This document shows positions 34,161 to 43,472 of a DNA stretch of 64,000 nt, in pieces. This DNA is from Candidatus Binatus soli (GTDB taxonomy: Bacteria; Desulfobacterota; Binatia; Binatales; Binataceae): assembly GCA_002479255.1 (NCBI GenBank), contig DLMJ01000030.1, forward strand, positions 41,501 to 105,500. Direction: 5' to 3'. The translations under genes and the position numbers were made by a program. Every line of letters starts with the position of its first letter. Position 1 is the first letter of the stretch. The notes under the pieces are model-generated. The model ran no database searches. It was not told the origin of the DNA and worked only from the letters and a program-made list of their open reading frames with translations.

Positions 34161-34616
34161 ATGATTCAGAATATTAAGAAGGTTCTCGCGCCAATCGACT
34201 TCTCCGTTTACTCGATGGAAGCGATGCGCGGCGCGATGGAACTGGCGAAAGACCTCGGCGCCGAAGAAGTTCACCTGATGCACGTCATCGCGCCGCAGCA
34301 AAGTTTCATCCCGTCCACCATCGAGCAGAACCGCGAGCTGGCGCGGGAATCCGCGATGCTCGAGCAGGCGGAAGAGGAACTCGCGCGCATCAAGAAGGAC
34401 GAGTTCGGCGATTCAAAGAAGGTCTTGACGTTTGCCGTGGTCGGACCTCCGGTTCAGGAACTCGTCAAATACGCCAAAGAGCAGGCGATTGACCTGATCG
34501 TGATTGCTACGCATGGACGGACCGGCGGCGAGTATATTCTGATCGGCAGCGTCACCGAGAAGCTGGTGCGCAACGCGCCGTGCTCGGTCCTGGTCTTCCG
34601 GCCGCGCAAGCGGTAG
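34161..34616 (+). CDS. Universal stress protein
   Basis: LAPIDFS, DLIVIATHGR, GSVTEKLVRNAPCSVLV. Confidence 0.95.
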   Translation: MIQNIKKVLAPIDFSVYSMEAMRGAMELAKDLGAEEVHLMHVIAPQQSFIPSTIEQNRELARESAMLEQAEEELARIKKDEFGDSKKVLTFAVVGPPVQELVKYAKEQAIDLIVIATHGRTGGEYILIGSVTEKLVRNAPCSVLVFRPRKR

Positions 34617-34864
34617 CCGAACAGACACGTCATTCCCGGCGGTTGCGAGCGTCTAACGCGCGGGCGGCAGGCACATGGCGGGGGTTATAACCGCGGATCT
34701 CGTTTCATCGGCGGTCTGCGCCGAGGTCCTGCCCGGTTGAACGAATCTCACGGCAGCGGGAAGGGATAAAGATCCCCTCCCGTCGCTTCATACTGACTTC
34801 GCACTCCAAACCCGATCTGCGGATGACGATACAGCGACGGGCAGAAGCCGCACCCTTGTTAGCC

Positions 34865-35413
34865 TCAGCGCACCAGGCTGTGCGGGCCTCCCGGTTGCGG
34901 AACCGCTTCGGAGTCGGCAGCCGGAATAGCTACCTTCGAGCAGGGTTTCCCGGTCACGGCAAAACTGGCAAAAGAAATACTACTGCTGCTGAGATTTGTT
35001 TGGCTGCATTCGCCAGAGTGCGCCGGAAGTGACAAACTGATTGAATCGATAAAGGCAGCCCCTCCGCTCTCGGGAGCTGAGGTGGTTATCGTAAAGGAGA
35101 GATTCGAACCGTCCGTAGAGGTACATCCCGTGCCTGCGGCTGCATCATTTTCGCCCGGCAAGAAAAAGCCGGTAAACGGCTTGCATTGGCCTTTGCCGGG
35201 GACTGTGAATCCCCTTCCCACAATCTCGCTGCCCGGAAAAGCCGTGAAGCTGATACAGTAGTCCTTTGCCAGCGAGGCACCGGGCGCCAGAACGAGAATG
35301 GAAAGCCCGGCAAGCATCGCTCGCAGGCGCCAGCACAGGCGCGAGCTTGCCGTATTCAACGCAGACTTCCGTCCCCCTTCAATGCCTGAAGCGCGTTGTC
35401 CTCTAATCATCAT
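34865..35413 (-). CDS. Hypothetical secreted Cys-containing protein
   Basis: GGAGGAG RBS, signal-like segment ending ASLA, several Cys. Confidence 0.6.
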   Translation of the reverse strand: MMIRGQRASGIEGGRKSALNTASSRLCWRLRAMLAGLSILVLAPGASLAKDYCISFTAFPGSEIVGRGFTVPGKGQCKPFTGFFLPGENDAAAGTGCTSTDGSNLSFTITTSAPESGGAAFIDSISLSLPAHSGECSQTNLSSSSISFASFAVTGKPCSKVAIPAADSEAVPQPGGPHSLVR

Positions 35414-35830
35414 CTTGGTCTCCTCCATCTCTAGCCTTTGTGTATACCGGCTTTTCCTGGGATCGTTCAATATGCGCAACGCTTCGGTCGAGCAATAGGC
35501 CCGCTTCCCCGGTGCGATGCTCAATTAAGTACTGGTCGTTGTCGACTTGTCAACGCTAGTTCCTAACGAGTGATTTAACTCCCCGCGCCAGGCGGCCGGC
35601 GGCTTGAAAGGGAGTTATCCAGCGAGGCGGTCAGGGAATTATTCTGGGCAAAAAAATTAGGGCCAGGCAGATTGCTCCGCCCGGCCCGCAGCCAACCGGG
35701 AAAAGGGGGGCAAACCCCGGCTAGCAAGCGTATTGTACGCAAGTGCGGGTATGTTGCAATAACGGCCGGGATCCCGACGAACCCGCTATCCGCGGAGAAA
35801 CAGCGGCTTTCGCCCGCGCTCTCTTGGCGC

Positions 35831-36100
35831 TCAGACTTCGCCTCCGCCAAGCGCGGGAATGAAATGCACTTCGCTGTTCTCGCCAACGGTATCGAGCACG
35901 CCGCCGGTGGCTATTTCACCGTCGATTGACACCGCGATTGACGGCCGGATGTCTCCATCCTGGAGCAGTTGGCGGTCGATACCCGGGAAACGCTCGCCGA
36001 GGCGCTGAACCAGTTCGCGAATCGATTTTCCCGGCACCTCGACTCGCTCGACGCCGCCGGTGAATTTGCGTAGCAGTGCGGGAATCACAACGGTTGGCAT
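35831..36100 (-). CDS. MoaD/ThiS family ubiquitin-like protein
   Basis: V.IP.LLR...G, IPALGG near C-terminus; downstream of Mo enzyme. Confidence 0.85.
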   Translation of the reverse strand: MPTVVIPALLRKFTGGVERVEVPGKSIRELVQRLGERFPGIDRQLLQDGDIRPSIAVSIDGEIATGGVLDTVGENSEVHFIPALGGGEV

Positions 36101-36104
36101 TGCA

Positions 36105-36140
36105 GAAAAAGAAGGGGGGCGACTTCGCCCGCCCCTTTCG
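36105..36140 (-). terminator. Possible intrinsic terminator after the Mo-enzyme large subunit
   Basis: Minus-strand GC-rich hairpin (AAGGGG...CCCCTT) followed by CTTTTT. Confidence 0.45.
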
Positions 36141-36151
36141 ATCACTCGTGA

Positions 36152-38440
36152 TCAATCCGCCGCTGCGGAATGCTGCGTGGCGCCGCGATGCTTCAGGATC
36201 GCCTTGAGCAACTTGGGCGGCGACATCGGCGTCTGCGTCATCCTGACGCCTACCGCGCGATAGATCGCATTGGCGACCGCTGCTACCGGCGGCACGATCG
36301 ACACCTCGCCGACGCCGCGCACGCCCAGCGGATGGCCGGGGTTAGCTTCCTCGACGATGATCGTTTCGATCATGGGCAAGTCGAGGCAGGTCGGTATCCG
36401 GTAGTCGAGGAATCCGGAGTTACGCAGCGTGCCGTTGTCGTCGTAGAAGTATTCCTCGTTGAGCGCCCACCCGATTCCCTGCGCAGTTCCGCCCTGCATT
36501 TGTCCTTCGACGTAGCTCGGATGAATCGCCTTGCCGGCGTCTTGCGCGACTGTGCATCGCAGCAGTTGCACCTTGCCGGTGTCGGGATCGACCTCGACGT
36601 CGACGACGGTGGTGGCAAATCCAGGCCCCACGCCGCGCGCATTCACGCTGGCGCGACCGGTGATCGGTCCGCCCGTGCGGGCGAAGCGCGGTGCGAGCTG
36701 CTTGATCGACATCGGCGGCACGCCGTTGCCTTTCGCATGGAGCATCCCGCCGCGGAATTCGACTTCGTCGGGCTTTTTCTCCCAGACCTTGGCGGCGCGC
36801 TCGATCAACTGGCGCTCGGCGTCCTTGGCCGCCTCGTACACCGCCATCCCGGTTGCGAAAGTGACGCGGCTTCCGGCGGTCACGTCGGTATGACCGATCG
36901 AATCGGTGTCGGCGGTGATCGGCCGCACGTCGGTCACCGGCAGTCCGAGCACTTCCGCGGTGATCATCGCCATCGACGCGCGCGAGCCGCCGATATCCGG
37001 CGAGCCCGTCACGACGCTGGCGGTTCCGTCGGTGTGGATATTCACCGTTGCCGACGACTGCATCCCGGCGTTGAACCAGAATCCCGACGCGACGCCGCGT
37101 CCGCGAAACTTGCCGGTCAGTTTCGACTTGTAATGCTCGCTGTTCTTGATCGCTTCGCAGGTCTGGATAAATCCGATGCGCTTGAACGGAGGGCCGAGGA
37201 CCTGCGGCGCGCCTTCTTTGACCCCGTTCTTGATTCGGAAGTCGATCGGATCGATTCCGCACTTCTCGGCCAGTTCGTCGATCACAGTCTCGGACGCGAA
37301 CGCGGCCTGGGTTGTGCCCGGCGCCCGATAGGCCGCGGTCTTGGGCCGATTGACCACCACGTCGTACGCGTCGATTAGAAAATTCTCGATGGTGTAGGGA
37401 GCGATGATGCACAGCGCGCCGGCCGCCACCGGCGAGCCCGGGAACGCGCCCGCCTGGTATGCCATCCAGATTTCGGCGGCGACGAGCTTGCCGTCCTTGG
37501 TCGCGCCCATCTTCACTTTGATTTTCGAGCCCGGGGTCGGTCCGCTCGCGCGGAGCACTTCCGAGCGCGACATGACGAGCTTGACGGGGGCGCCGGTCTT
37601 CTTCGACAGCAGCACCGAGAGCGGCTCGAGGTAGATGGTGGTCTTGCCGCCGAAGCCGCCGCCGATTTCGGCCGGCACGACTTTGATTTTGCCGACCGGC
37701 ATCCCCAACACCTGTGCGCTCAGCGAGCGCACGTCGAAGGCGCCCTGGGTCGAGCAGTAAATCGTTGCCTGTCCGTCGGAGTTGTAGATGCCGACGGCGT
37801 TGTGAGGCTCGATGTATCCCTGGTGCACCATCGCGGTGTTGAATTCGCGCTCGATCACATAGTCCGCCGCCTTGAATCCGGCGGCGATGTCGCCGCGTTT
37901 GAACTGGTAGTGCTGCGCGACGTTGGTCGGCTTGTCGCCTTCCTCGTTGTTGCGCAGATCCTTGAGCAGAATCGGGGCGCCCGGCTTGGTGGCGGCATCG
38001 ACGGTCATCACGGGCGGCAGCACTTCGTATTCGACTTCGATCAGGCGGAGCGCTTCCTCGGCGATATGCGGGCTGGTCGCGGCGACGGCGGCGATCGCAT
38101 GGCCGTCATACAGGACCTTGTCGTGCGCGAGGATGTTCATCGACAGGTGCATCGGATTGACCGTCATCTCGCCGGACTGCTCGAGCTTGTTCTCCGCCGC
38201 CGGGAGATCCTTCGAGGTAACGATGGCCTTGACGCCGGGGAGCTTGAGCGCCTTGTCGATTTTGATCGATTTGATAATCGCGTGGGCGTGCGGGCTGCGC
38301 AGCACTTTGCCGTGCAGCATCCCGGGGAATGCGTAGTCGGCGCCGAACTTGGCGCGGCCCGTCACTTTGTCAACGCCGTCGGGCCGAATCGGACGCGTGC
38401 CGATGACTTTGAAATCGCGTGTCGTGGTTGATTCCGCCAT
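36152..38440 (-). CDS. Xanthine dehydrogenase family molybdopterin-binding subunit
   Basis: KVTGRAKF, RSPHAHA, GGGFGGK, AYRAPG, VEGQMQGG, GVGE. Confidence 0.93.
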   Translation of the reverse strand: MAESTTTRDFKVIGTRPIRPDGVDKVTGRAKFGADYAFPGMLHGKVLRSPHAHAIIKSIKIDKALKLPGVKAIVTSKDLPAAENKLEQSGEMTVNPMHLSMNILAHDKVLYDGHAIAAVAATSPHIAEEALRLIEVEYEVLPPVMTVDAATKPGAPILLKDLRNNEEGDKPTNVAQHYQFKRGDIAAGFKAADYVIEREFNTAMVHQGYIEPHNAVGIYNSDGQATIYCSTQGAFDVRSLSAQVLGMPVGKIKVVPAEIGGGFGGKTTIYLEPLSVLLSKKTGAPVKLVMSRSEVLRASGPTPGSKIKVKMGATKDGKLVAAEIWMAYQAGAFPGSPVAAGALCIIAPYTIENFLIDAYDVVVNRPKTAAYRAPGTTQAAFASETVIDELAEKCGIDPIDFRIKNGVKEGAPQVLGPPFKRIGFIQTCEAIKNSEHYKSKLTGKFRGRGVASGFWFNAGMQSSATVNIHTDGTASVVTGSPDIGGSRASMAMITAEVLGLPVTDVRPITADTDSIGHTDVTAGSRVTFATGMAVYEAAKDAERQLIERAAKVWEKKPDEVEFRGGMLHAKGNGVPPMSIKQLAPRFARTGGPITGRASVNARGVGPGFATTVVDVEVDPDTGKVQLLRCTVAQDAGKAIHPSYVEGQMQGGTAQGIGWALNEEYFYDDNGTLRNSGFLDYRIPTCLDLPMIETIIVEEANPGHPLGVRGVGEVSIVPPVAAVANAIYRAVGVRMTQTPMSPPKLLKAILKHRGATQHSAAAD

Positions 38441-38497
38441 GGCCTTACCTCTCGGATCGCCGGTCGTCTCGGTAGTCCTGTCAGTACCGCGATGCTC

Positions 38498-39001
38498 TCA
38501 TCGTGCGGCCGCTTTGCCTTCGCCCTGCGAGCGAATATCCGCAGCCGCGTCGAGCACCGCTTTCACAATCTTGTCATAACCGGTGCATCGGCACAGATTC
38601 CCGGCCAGCGCGTAGCGAACTTCGTGCTCGGTCGGTTTCGGATTGCGATCGAGCAGCGACTTCGCCGAAATCAGGAATCCGGGCGTGCAGATGCCGCACT
38701 GCAAGGCCGCGTGCTCGAGAAACTTGTTCTGCAAAACGTGAAGCACGCCGTTGATGGCGAGTCCTTCGACGGTCACGATGTTCTTGCCTTGAGCTTCGAC
38801 GCCGAGCATCAGGCACGAGCAGACCGGGCGGCCGTCGACCAGCACGGTGCAAGCGCCGCAATCGCCGGTCAGGCATCCTTCCTTGGAGCCGGTGAGCTCG
38901 AGCACGTCGCGCAGCGTTTCGAGCAGGCTTTGGCGCGGCTCGCACAGGAACTCGACCGTTTCGCCGTTAATCGTCGCTTCTACCAGTGTCTTTTTGGACA
39001 T
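38498..39001 (-). CDS. [2Fe-2S] subunit (CoxS/CutS-like)
   Basis: GCLTGDCGACT, QCGICTPG, GNLCRCTGY. Confidence 0.95.
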   Translation of the reverse strand: MSKKTLVEATINGETVEFLCEPRQSLLETLRDVLELTGSKEGCLTGDCGACTVLVDGRPVCSCLMLGVEAQGKNIVTVEGLAINGVLHVLQNKFLEHAALQCGICTPGFLISAKSLLDRNPKPTEHEVRYALAGNLCRCTGYDKIVKAVLDAAADIRSQGEGKAAAR

Positions 39002-39033
39002 TGTTCTATATGCCGTTTGTTCGTGGCTGTGAT

Positions 39034-39930
39034 TCAGTTCTTTTTCGCGCGTTCGGCGGCGATTGAGAGCACCCGCCGCGTGAGCACCGCGGCGATGTGG
39101 AGTCGAAATTCCGCCGTCCCGCGCATGTCGTCGATCGGCGAACAGGCCTCGCTCGCCGCACGTCCGGCGGCCTCGAGGGCCGCGGCGTCGAGTTTCATCC
39201 CGATGAGCGCGTCGGCGGCCTTGCTTGCAAGGATCGGAGTCGGCGCAACGGCGCCAAGTGCGATCCGCGCCGCCTTCACCTTGTCGCCGTCGAGCGTAAG
39301 CGCCGCTCCCACGCCGACGACTGCGATATCCATCTCGTTGCGCGGGATGAAACGAAGATACGCGTCGCTCGAATGCGGCGCGGGCGCCGGAACCAGCAAT
39401 TCGACCAGCAACTCGCCGGGCTTGAGCACGGTGCGTCCGGGCGATACGACGAAAGCCTCAACCGGCACTTCGCGCTCGCCATTCGGGCCGACGATTCGGG
39501 CGCGCGCGCCGAGCGCCATGAGGGCAGGCGTAGTGTCCGCGGCCGGCGATCCATTGCACAGATTGCCGCCCACCGAGGCGCGGTTCTGAATCTGCAGCGA
39601 GCCGATGAGATGAGCCGCCTCGGTCAAGCCGGGGTAATGACGCCGCATCACGTCGCTCTCGCTAATCTCGATGCAAGGCACGGCCGCGCCGAGCCGCAGT
39701 CCCTTCTTCGCATCGAAGGAGAGAGTTTGCAGCTCCTTGATTTTCTTGACATCAACCAGATGCTCGGTGCGGCGGACTCCGGCGCGCAACTGGATGATGA
39801 TATCGGTGCCGCCGCAGAACGGGCGGGCGTTTTCACCGTGGGTTTTGAGGATGCTGACCGCCTGATCGAGCGTGGTTGGGGCTTCGTAGGTGATGGCGTG
39901 CAAGACTGGGAGACCTCCGGGCCGGGGCAA
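39034..39930 (-). CDS. FAD-binding subunit (CoxM/CutM-like)
   Basis: GGTD, QIQNRASVGGN, SPAAD, PIDDMRG. Confidence 0.93.
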   Translation of the reverse strand: MPRPGGLPVLHAITYEAPTTLDQAVSILKTHGENARPFCGGTDIIIQLRAGVRRTEHLVDVKKIKELQTLSFDAKKGLRLGAAVPCIEISESDVMRRHYPGLTEAAHLIGSLQIQNRASVGGNLCNGSPAADTTPALMALGARARIVGPNGEREVPVEAFVVSPGRTVLKPGELLVELLVPAPAPHSSDAYLRFIPRNEMDIAVVGVGAALTLDGDKVKAARIALGAVAPTPILASKAADALIGMKLDAAALEAAGRAASEACSPIDDMRGTAEFRLHIAAVLTRRVLSIAAERAKKN

Positions 39931-39958
39931 TTATTACCCGCCTTGTACCTTGGATAGC

Positions 39959-40110
39959 CTAGTTGCCGCTGGCTGAAAAGGGGACCGCGGCAGGAGCGCG
40001 TCCCGCCGCTCGCTTGCGGGGATGGACCTCGCGCTCGATCCTCGCCGCCAGCTCGTCTTTGGCTTTTTCGAGTTCGTAGTCGCTCTGCAATCCCAGCCAG
40101 AATTCCGCGC
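39959..40110 (-). pseudogene. 3' remnant of a HigA-family antitoxin
   Basis: SAEFWLGLQSDYELEKAK...RIEREVHP is the HigA C-terminus; HTH half missing; the TGA seen in repeat copy B reads GGA here. Confidence 0.75.
39961..40044. repeat. 84-bp imperfect direct repeat, copy A
   Basis: 76/84 identical to 40843-40926 by manual alignment. Confidence 0.9.
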
Positions 40111-40140
40111 TTGCCCTAGATGTCGAATCTGACATAAGAT
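40111..40140 (+). promoter_or_regulatory. TA promoter with overlapping palindromic operator
   Basis: TTGCCC-N18-TAAGAT with ATGTC-N6-GACAT inverted repeat in the spacer. Confidence 0.55.
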
Positions 40141-40489
40141 GCAGTCGGTGACCAAGGCCGGAGACAAACCCTTGGTCTGGCTGCACGGCGAGATCAAGAC
40201 ACCGCCATTTTCCAGAGAAGGCCGAATCGAGACAGGGGTGCTGCTGCGGCGTTTGCAACAGGGCGAGAATCTTTCCTTACCACATTCGCGGCCGATGGTT
40301 GCGATAGGAGCCCGGTGTCACGAACTGAGGGTCGTCGACCGATACGATACGTGGCGGATAGTGTATCGAACCGATCCAGACGCCATCGTGATAGTTGACG
40401 TGCTCAGCAAGAAAACTCGCCGAACGCCGCGTGAAGTGATCGACCGATGCAGGTCACGGTTGCGGCGGTACGACGAACTGGCCGGGTAG
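40139..40489 (+). CDS. RelE/ParE-superfamily toxin (Gp49/HigB-like)
   Basis: KPLVWL.GEIKTPPF, LPHSRPM, HELRV, WRIVYR, KKTRRTP; start may be GTG at 40148. Confidence 0.88.
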   Translation: MQSVTKAGDKPLVWLHGEIKTPPFSREGRIETGVLLRRLQQGENLSLPHSRPMVAIGARCHELRVVDRYDTWRIVYRTDPDAIVIVDVLSKKTRRTPREVIDRCRSRLRRYDELAG

Positions 40490-40499
40490 GCAATGAGCG

Positions 40500-40832
40500 A
40501 TGGAGAAGCGTAAAAGACAGCGATTGGAAAGCGCGGGATGGGTGGTCGGGAGCACCACCGATTTCCTCGGGCTCAGCGACGAGGAAGCTGCTCTGGTTGA
40601 GGTTAAGCTCGGCCTGGCAAGCGCGGTAAGAAAGCAAAGAAGCCGGCGCCGGATGACTCAGGCGCAGCTAGGCCGCTTGTTGGGTTCCAGCCAGTCGCGA
40701 GTGGCGAAAATGGAAGCTGCCGATCCTTCGGTCAGCATCGATCTGATGGTGCGATCCCTTCTGCGAATGGGCGCGAGCAGAAAAGACGTAGCTTCCTATA
40801 TCTCGATGCCAACGCCGCGACGGGCGGCGTAG
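40500..40832 (+). CDS. XRE-family HTH antitoxin
   Basis: DFLGLS, MTQAQLGRLLGSSQSRVAKME; directly after the toxin. Confidence 0.88.
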   Translation: MEKRKRQRLESAGWVVGSTTDFLGLSDEEAALVEVKLGLASAVRKQRSRRRMTQAQLGRLLGSSQSRVAKMEAADPSVSIDLMVRSLLRMGASRKDVASYISMPTPRRAA

Positions 40833-40842
40833 CGCAGACCCG

Positions 40843-40926
40843 AGTTGCCGCCGGCTGAAAAGAGGACCGCAGCAGCCGCGCGTCACGCAGCTCGCTTGCG
40901 GGGATGGACCTCGCGCTCGATTCTCG
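40843..40926. repeat. 84-bp imperfect direct repeat, copy B (encodes RIEREVHPRKRAA* on minus strand)
   Basis: See copy A. Confidence 0.9.
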
Positions 40927-41026
40927 GATTTCGGTCGAAGCTTCAGTGTATGTGAAGCATCCAATGGACGGCATCAAGCGCCGTGAGTGCCATCGACTGC
41001 CCGGCGGCTCTGAGAGCGCGTGCGCG

Positions 41027-42121
41027 CTACCCCTGGAAGCCGAGGCGGGAGGCGACCTGCGCCGCGGCGAGCGCCAGCGCCGGCGCCATCGGACCCATCA
41101 GCGCAAAGCGCGGATCGGTGGTCTGCCCGCGCACGTAGCGCACGTAGATTTGCTCGACGACGGTCGCAGTCTTCCAATGCGCCCACGCCCAGTAAAACGG
41201 GATGCCGCTCACGTCGCGGCCGGTGCGGCTCGAATAGCGATGCACCAGTTCGTCGCGGCTCATGAAGCCGGGCCGCAGCGTATGCGGCTCGCCGTGGGAG
41301 GTCACCAGCAGTTCCACCGGGTCGCTCTTCTCGCGCCAATAGCCAATCGCGATGCCGAGATCGACCAGCGGATCGCCGATGGTGGACATTTCCCAGTCGA
41401 ATACTCCGACTACCTCGCCGTGATTGACGGCGCCGAGCATGATGTTGTGCAGGTAGAAGTCGTTGTGCACGAGCACCGGCGGCGGCGACACCGGCATGTT
41501 GTCGAGAAACCAGGCGCCGAGCTTCTCCATCAGCGGCACTTCGCGCGTTTTGGCCTTCTCCCATCGCCCCATCCATCCGGTGATCTGGCGCTTTAAGAAT
41601 CCGTCGGGCTTGCCCAGCGAGCCAAGTCCAATCGCCGCGTAATCGACGTCGTGCAAATCGGCCAGCGTATCGATAAATCCTTCTGAGATTGCGCGAAACG
41701 TCGCCGGATCGGCGCCGAGCTCCACTGGCAGCGGCTCACGATTTTTGATGACGATCCCGGTGCGCCGTTCCATCACGAAAAATGGCGCGCCGACGATCGA
41801 CGCGTCGTCGCTGTAGAGCATCGCGCGCGGCGCCGGCTTGAAGACTTCCCACAGCCGCGAAAGCACCTTGTACTCCCGGCCCATGTCATGCCCGCCCACG
41901 GGCAGCGGCCCGAATGGCGGCCGGCGCATCACCCATTCGCGGTCGCCGAAGCGCAGCAGGTAGGTCAGATTCGACGATCCGCCGCGAAACTGCTGGACGG
42001 TCAGCGGCGCGTCGGCGCCGGGAATCTTGCCGCGCAAGTAGGCGGCGAGCTTTGCCCAGTCGAGTTGCTCCTCGTCGCGGACGTCGCCAAATTCGGGGAC
42101 GATTTCCACCGCTTCAGCCAT
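41027..42121 (-). CDS. APH-family phosphotransferase (ACAD10/11 N-terminal kinase-like)
   Basis: QFRGGSSNLTY, RRPPFG, HDMGREY, VHNDF, DWEMSTIGDPLVD. Confidence 0.9.
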   Translation of the reverse strand: MAEAVEIVPEFGDVRDEEQLDWAKLAAYLRGKIPGADAPLTVQQFRGGSSNLTYLLRFGDREWVMRRPPFGPLPVGGHDMGREYKVLSRLWEVFKPAPRAMLYSDDASIVGAPFFVMERRTGIVIKNREPLPVELGADPATFRAISEGFIDTLADLHDVDYAAIGLGSLGKPDGFLKRQITGWMGRWEKAKTREVPLMEKLGAWFLDNMPVSPPPVLVHNDFYLHNIMLGAVNHGEVVGVFDWEMSTIGDPLVDLGIAIGYWREKSDPVELLVTSHGEPHTLRPGFMSRDELVHRYSSRTGRDVSGIPFYWAWAHWKTATVVEQIYVRYVRGQTTDPRFALMGPMAPALALAAAQVASRLGFQG

Positions 42122-42169
42122 GTGCGCGACGCGGGACCATCCAGATCGCTTGCCGGATCACTTGCGAGC

Positions 42170-43360
42170 TCACTTGTACTTGCGCAGTTCGCGGCGAGCG
42201 ATGGTCATGCGATGCACTTCGTCGGGGCCGTCCGCGATTCGGAGCGAGCGGCTGTCGCGCCACATCCGCGCAATCGGGATGTCGTCGCTGACGCCGGCCG
42301 CGCCGAACACCTGGATGGCGCGATCGAGCACGATCATCACCATGTTCGCGCACATCACTTTAATCATCGAGATCTCGTTGCGCGCTTCGCGCTTGCCCAC
42401 GGTGTCCATCTTCCACGCCGCATGCATCACCATCAGGCGGCATGAGTCGATCTCGATTCGCGAGTTGGCGATCCACTCCTGGATGTTGGCCTTGTCGGCG
42501 AGGAAGCTGCCGTGCGTGAAGCGCGTGTTCGCCCGCTTGCACATCAGTTCGAGCCCTCGTTCGGCGACCCCGATGATTCGCATGCAGTGGTGGATGCGTC
42601 CCGGGCCCAGCCGCGCCTGCGCGATTGCGAAGCCGCCGCCTTCCTCGCCGAGTACGTTGGTCAGCGGCACGCGGCAGTCCTTGTAAATTATCTCGCAATG
42701 CCCGCCGCCGCCGGAGTGGCCCATCACCGGCACGGGGCGAATCAGGTTGAATCCGGGAGTGTCGGTCGGAACGATTATCTGGCTGGCGCGGCGATGCGGC
42801 GCCGCGTCGGGGTCCGTCACGACCATCGCGATCGCGAAGCTCGAGCCAATCCCATTGGACGTGAACCACTTGTGGCCATTGATCACGTAGTCGTCGCCGT
42901 CGCGAACGGCGCGGGTCTTGAGCTGGGTCGGATCGGATCCCGCAGTATCCGGCTCGGTCATCGAGAAGCAGGTGCGCATCTCGCCGTCGAGACACGGCTG
43001 GAGCCATTTCTTTTTCTGCTCGGGGGTGCCGAACTCGGTCAGGATTTCCATGTTGCCGGTATCGGGCGCCATGCAGTTGAACGCGCGCGCGCCAATCGGG
43101 CTGCGGCCCATCAGCTCGCACAGGGGAGCGTACTCGTAATTCTTGAGACCGGCGCCGAATTTTTCGTCGGGCAGAAAGAGGTTCCAAAGACCCTCGGCCT
43201 TGGCTTTTTTGCGGACATCCTTGAGGCATTGGGGCTCGGCATGTCCACTCTCGCCCATCTCGCGCTGAACTTCCTTTTCGATGGGAAAGACGTACTGGTC
43301 CATGAAGTCGGAGACACGCTTGCGCAACTGTTCGGTTTTGGGGGTCAGCGAAAAGTCCAT
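42170..43360 (-). CDS. Acyl-CoA dehydrogenase (ACAD10/11, LvaC-like)
   Basis: GLWNLFLP, FNCMAPDTGNME, FSMTEP, AQARLGPGRIHHCMR, RIADGPDEVH. Confidence 0.93.
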   Translation of the reverse strand: MDFSLTPKTEQLRKRVSDFMDQYVFPIEKEVQREMGESGHAEPQCLKDVRKKAKAEGLWNLFLPDEKFGAGLKNYEYAPLCELMGRSPIGARAFNCMAPDTGNMEILTEFGTPEQKKKWLQPCLDGEMRTCFSMTEPDTAGSDPTQLKTRAVRDGDDYVINGHKWFTSNGIGSSFAIAMVVTDPDAAPHRRASQIIVPTDTPGFNLIRPVPVMGHSGGGGHCEIIYKDCRVPLTNVLGEEGGGFAIAQARLGPGRIHHCMRIIGVAERGLELMCKRANTRFTHGSFLADKANIQEWIANSRIEIDSCRLMVMHAAWKMDTVGKREARNEISMIKVMCANMVMIVLDRAIQVFGAAGVSDDIPIARMWRDSRSLRIADGPDEVHRMTIARRELRKYK

Positions 43361-43472
43361 TTCGATCCTCGCGAGGTCCGGTGATTTGTATCGCAACAGG
43401 TAACCCAGATCGCCAATAAATGAAAGCGATCGCGAATTGGGCCGATGGCCCGCGACGACGGGCGCCGCGAGG

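Noticed and set aside
34620-34860. Structured ncRNA between usp and the secreted-protein gene
   Set aside because: One hairpin between convergent genes, consistent with a terminator; no recognisable family
35640-35830. c-di-GMP-I riboswitch (GGCAAACC seen)
   Set aside because: Lacks the GAAA tetraloop/receptor and second stem; only a simple hairpin
36170-37378. Long antisense ORFs here and at 20417-21613, 32961-34082, 55625-56812 and 62560-63699
   Set aside because: Expected stop-poor shadows of high-GC genes
36152-39930. Aerobic CO dehydrogenase (coxMSL)
   Set aside because: Active-site loop is AYRAPG, not form I AYxCSFR or form II AYRGAGR; substrate unknown
39961-40926. Integron attC sites around the TA pair
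   Set aside because: No RYYYAAC/GTTRRRY pairing and no integrase; repeats derive from the higA tail
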